A stretch of 64,000 bases of DNA from Lepidodermella squamata (Eukaryota > Animalia > Gastrotricha): NCBI GenBank assembly GCA_047495785.1, contig JBLDXI010000054.1, forward strand, positions 3,844,001 through 3,908,000. The letters run 5' to 3'. Position numbers and translations under genes: made by a program. The notes under the pieces were generated by a model, which was given only the letters and a program-made list of their open reading frames with translations, did not search any database and had not been told where the DNA came from. How positions within the stretch are numbered: position 1 is the first letter of the stretch; each line of letters begins with the position of its first letter. This document shows, piece by piece, positions 61,278 through 64,000 of the stretch.

Positions 61278-63608
61278 TTACGACTGTACGAAAGACGCGT
61301 TGAGGCCGATGTGCGGCGACAGCCCGGCAAACGCTGTAGTAATACCGCCCCGAGAACTGCTAGTTTGCGACTGCAGAAGTCGATGCTGCTGTTGCTGTTC
61401 CGATTCGGTCGTATCTCGGCAATACCGCAGGAAACTCGACCTCATCAAAGCGAATGGAATATGGTCGTCGGTAACGCGGCGGAATAGCTCGCAAAGCCTC
61501 GGACCCGGCGTGTGGTATTTAGTCAACGTAGTGTTCAAACTCTCCGGTTGATTCACCTCAGATTCATGAATTACAGCTGGTTCCAACTCAGCGCCAAACA
61601 GCGTCTCGCAAATGGACGAGTTCATACCAGGTAATATGTATGACATGAAAAACTCGTGCTGCATGATCTCGTTGACCAGCGCGCCGTCCTCCGGCAGATC
61701 AATGTAGCCGGAACAGACGTCCAAGCTCAACACGTCGTTCACATCGGCATTGATCGCGTCATTGCGAAACGATCGCATCCATTTGACGATTTCGTCGAAA
61801 TCGCCGGGTTCCAGAATGGTCAACGCTGTGTTACGTTTGACATACACATTTCCGACAATTGCTACAAGGCGTTGGCCACCGACGTGTTGCATGAGCAATT
61901 TCGCGACTAGAAGTGACCGTTTGCCAAATGTTGTCAATTGCTCGTGGTACCTCGCGCTCAAAATCGGAAATTTCGACGCTATTACAAGATTTCCGATTGT
62001 TACAGGGCACGATTTGAAACCGTGAAATCGCTTCGCCGAGTGGAGAATGTGAGGGTAAGCTGTTTGCAGCCGTTTCGTCATTATTTGGTCAGCTCTTGCG
62101 TCGGAAACTTCTTGTAAGCAAACGATATCAGCCGCGGGGCAATCACTCGGCATGGTGATGTTGGTGGAAAACCCGACGCCGGTCACCGAAGCTACACCTC
62201 CGCCTATAGACTGCATATCACCCCCGGCTTGGACGGCGGCTGAAGCGTCGATTGAGGCGGAATTAGTCGCCGAAACTGGGTTAGCTTGCGGTTGTTGCAC
62301 TGATAGCAATTGATTACTAGGCGCAGGTTCGGGCTCCGGTTCGGCAGGTAACACGGGTACCGGCAATTCGACCGGGGCTGATTGAGCGTGCCTCGAATTC
62401 CTTTGACCAGCCTGCTGTTGTTGTTGTTGTTGTTGTTGTTGCTGTTCATTACCTGACCCACTGCCTATTGACAGCACAGCCGAGCCATTGTGATAACCAT
62501 TATGTAAGCTATGCAAGTTATTGGGGGCGGCCAAGGCAGGTATGCCGTGGACCCGAGACGAAACCGACATTGTCGACGGATTTGGCTCGCTTATCCGACT
62601 TCTGCTTTCCGAATTCAGACTTTCCAACGTGTGGCTGCTTCCAGGTAATGTTTCAACGGTCAACTGTTTGATCGGCACGTCAGATTTCAAGGTGATACAA
62701 GATTCGGTCTTTTCATGACCTGCCGCTCGCCTCTGCCACATCCCTTCGACACTACGAAGAGAAGCAATCGTCATTTGGTCAGTTGCGACTTGTTGCCCGC
62801 CACTGCTTGTACCGGCGCCAACCGAGTAACTGTCTCCGTTCGGTAGGGCGGCACCTCCATTCACGTGATGCCCATTCACGCCGCTGATAACAACATCTAC
62901 AGCCGTCCCTGAGACTAAACTGCGATTTTCTGATGTGTTATCGCCGTAATACGCGGCGGATTTGTCGAGGAATCCGTAACTGACTTGTGATATACTGTCG
63001 CCATGAGGTCCGCCGACAGCAAAAGAACCTTTCACAGATGGTTCGCCATGATTTGTCTTACTATGGCCAGCTCCTACTGAAGCGTGGACGATTACACTTG
63101 CTATTTGACGAGCACGCCGGCAGACGTGTCCCAAATTGAAAGTTCTCGAGCGGGATTCAGGTAAGAGTTTCGCATTGAGAGATAGTAATGTAACATTACG
63201 ATTCGCCAGTAGTAAAGGTCCGGCATTTTCCTTCGAGGCAGGGCAACTTGTCGTATACAAAAACGGATTCCGATATCTCAAGGCGATTAGCCACAAAAAG
63301 TAACCAATAATAGTGAAAGGCAGCCAAACGATGACCAAAATAATAGCAAAAACTATAGTAAAAAAAACAATTGTAAAAAATTGACCTCATTCAGAAAGAC
63401 ATGAGTAATTACTGAAAAGTAGGCCGAGAATGCAACCCCTCTCGTAACAGGGTCCTTCGTGGATTCGCCATTCGCGTTCAGCAGTAGTCTCTCGAAGGTA
63501 GCTCAGGATTTTATTTACAATCCAGAATTGCGGGTATTTCAGCGCACTGCCGACCGCAAAAACTGCGTGGGCAAAGCCGCTGTTGAAGGGCTTTTCATAA
63601 AGCCGCAT
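61278..63608 (-). CDS. Neutral sphingomyelinase 2 (SMPD3)-like protein with degenerate active site, 2 exons
   Basis: N-terminus MRLYEKPF..YPQFWIVNKI..TTAE, LPFTIIGYFLW..RNPFLY, SLNAKLLPESRSRTFNL, DIVCLQEV, ASKFPI. Intron 63353-63412. Confidence 0.82.
62412..62444 (-). repeat. CAA/CAG microsatellite encoding poly-Q (Q11) in the SMPD3-like insertion region
   Basis: (ttg)n tract on the + strand; the ORF reads NEQQQQQQQQQQQAG. Confidence 0.9.
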
Positions 63609-63721
63609 GGAAATGAGAAATCGGCCGTTTTTTCGTAAAATATTTAAAAAACTATGAAAAAAGCAATAATTTTAATTTTCAACTCGAAAGACAGCACGTT
63701 GAATGATTGATGTCAATGAGT

Positions 63722-64000
63722 CTAGCGATGTTGGCAGAACTGGCTTCGAAATTCGTATATCCCAACCGAAGCGTTCAAGTCTTCGTCGTAATCACACCAT
63801 TCTTTTGTTGAGAGATCGACGTCTTTGAATACTTGATCACTATCCGAAGTCACCAACCATCCTTGCTGTATATTTTCAACGAATTTGCTTGATCTGGGTT
63901 ATGAAAAAACAGGCCTTACCGACGATTCAAAGTCAAATGGTTCAGCGCCACGGCATTCCAGCTCAGCAACAGTCTGAAAAGCTTCGTCGGTGTTTGTGTA
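63722..64000 (-). CDS. CZIB: CXXC motif zinc-binding protein (C1orf123/DUF866), 3' part, truncated by the window edge
   Basis: Manual minus-strand translation gives YTNTDEAFQTVAELECRGAEPFDFESS|QGWLVTSDSDQVFKDVDLSTKEWCDYDEDLNASVGIYEFRSQFCQHR*, with intron 63866-63919. This matches the ECRG.EP / W.DYDE...SVGIY signature. Not in the ORF track. Confidence 0.88.

Overview
Eukaryotic (invertebrate animal-like) genomic DNA, gene-dense, with very short GT-AG introns (mostly about 48-62 bp). The organism cannot be identified from the sequence alone. Sixteen protein-coding genes can be modelled by splicing ORFs, in order: SLC26 anion transporter (5'-partial), ST7, PNPLA6/7 (NTE/swiss cheese), MDM1, a divergent Cys-loop channel subunit, ARHGAP39-like MyTH4-RhoGAP, Rap1, YARS1, NSUN4, RSBN1, YIPF4, an ADP/ATP translocase, RBM15/spenito, an FRMPD-like FERM protein, an SMPD3-like protein and CZIB (5'-partial, missed by the ORF track). 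The main non-coding feature is a 398-bp insertion (11301-11698) with a 13-bp target-site duplication. It contains a perfect 139-bp inverted repeat, and each arm carries a minimal type I hammerhead ribozyme followed by AATAAA, as in Penelope-like element pLTRs. Other notable observations are a TA-flanked MITE, a probable pseudo-sphingomyelinase, an ANT with substitutions at gate and substrate-site residues, and tightly packed same-strand genes with splice acceptors just before the ATG (possible operons with trans-splicing). Protein identities and reference residue numbers come from recalled family motifs, not from database searches.
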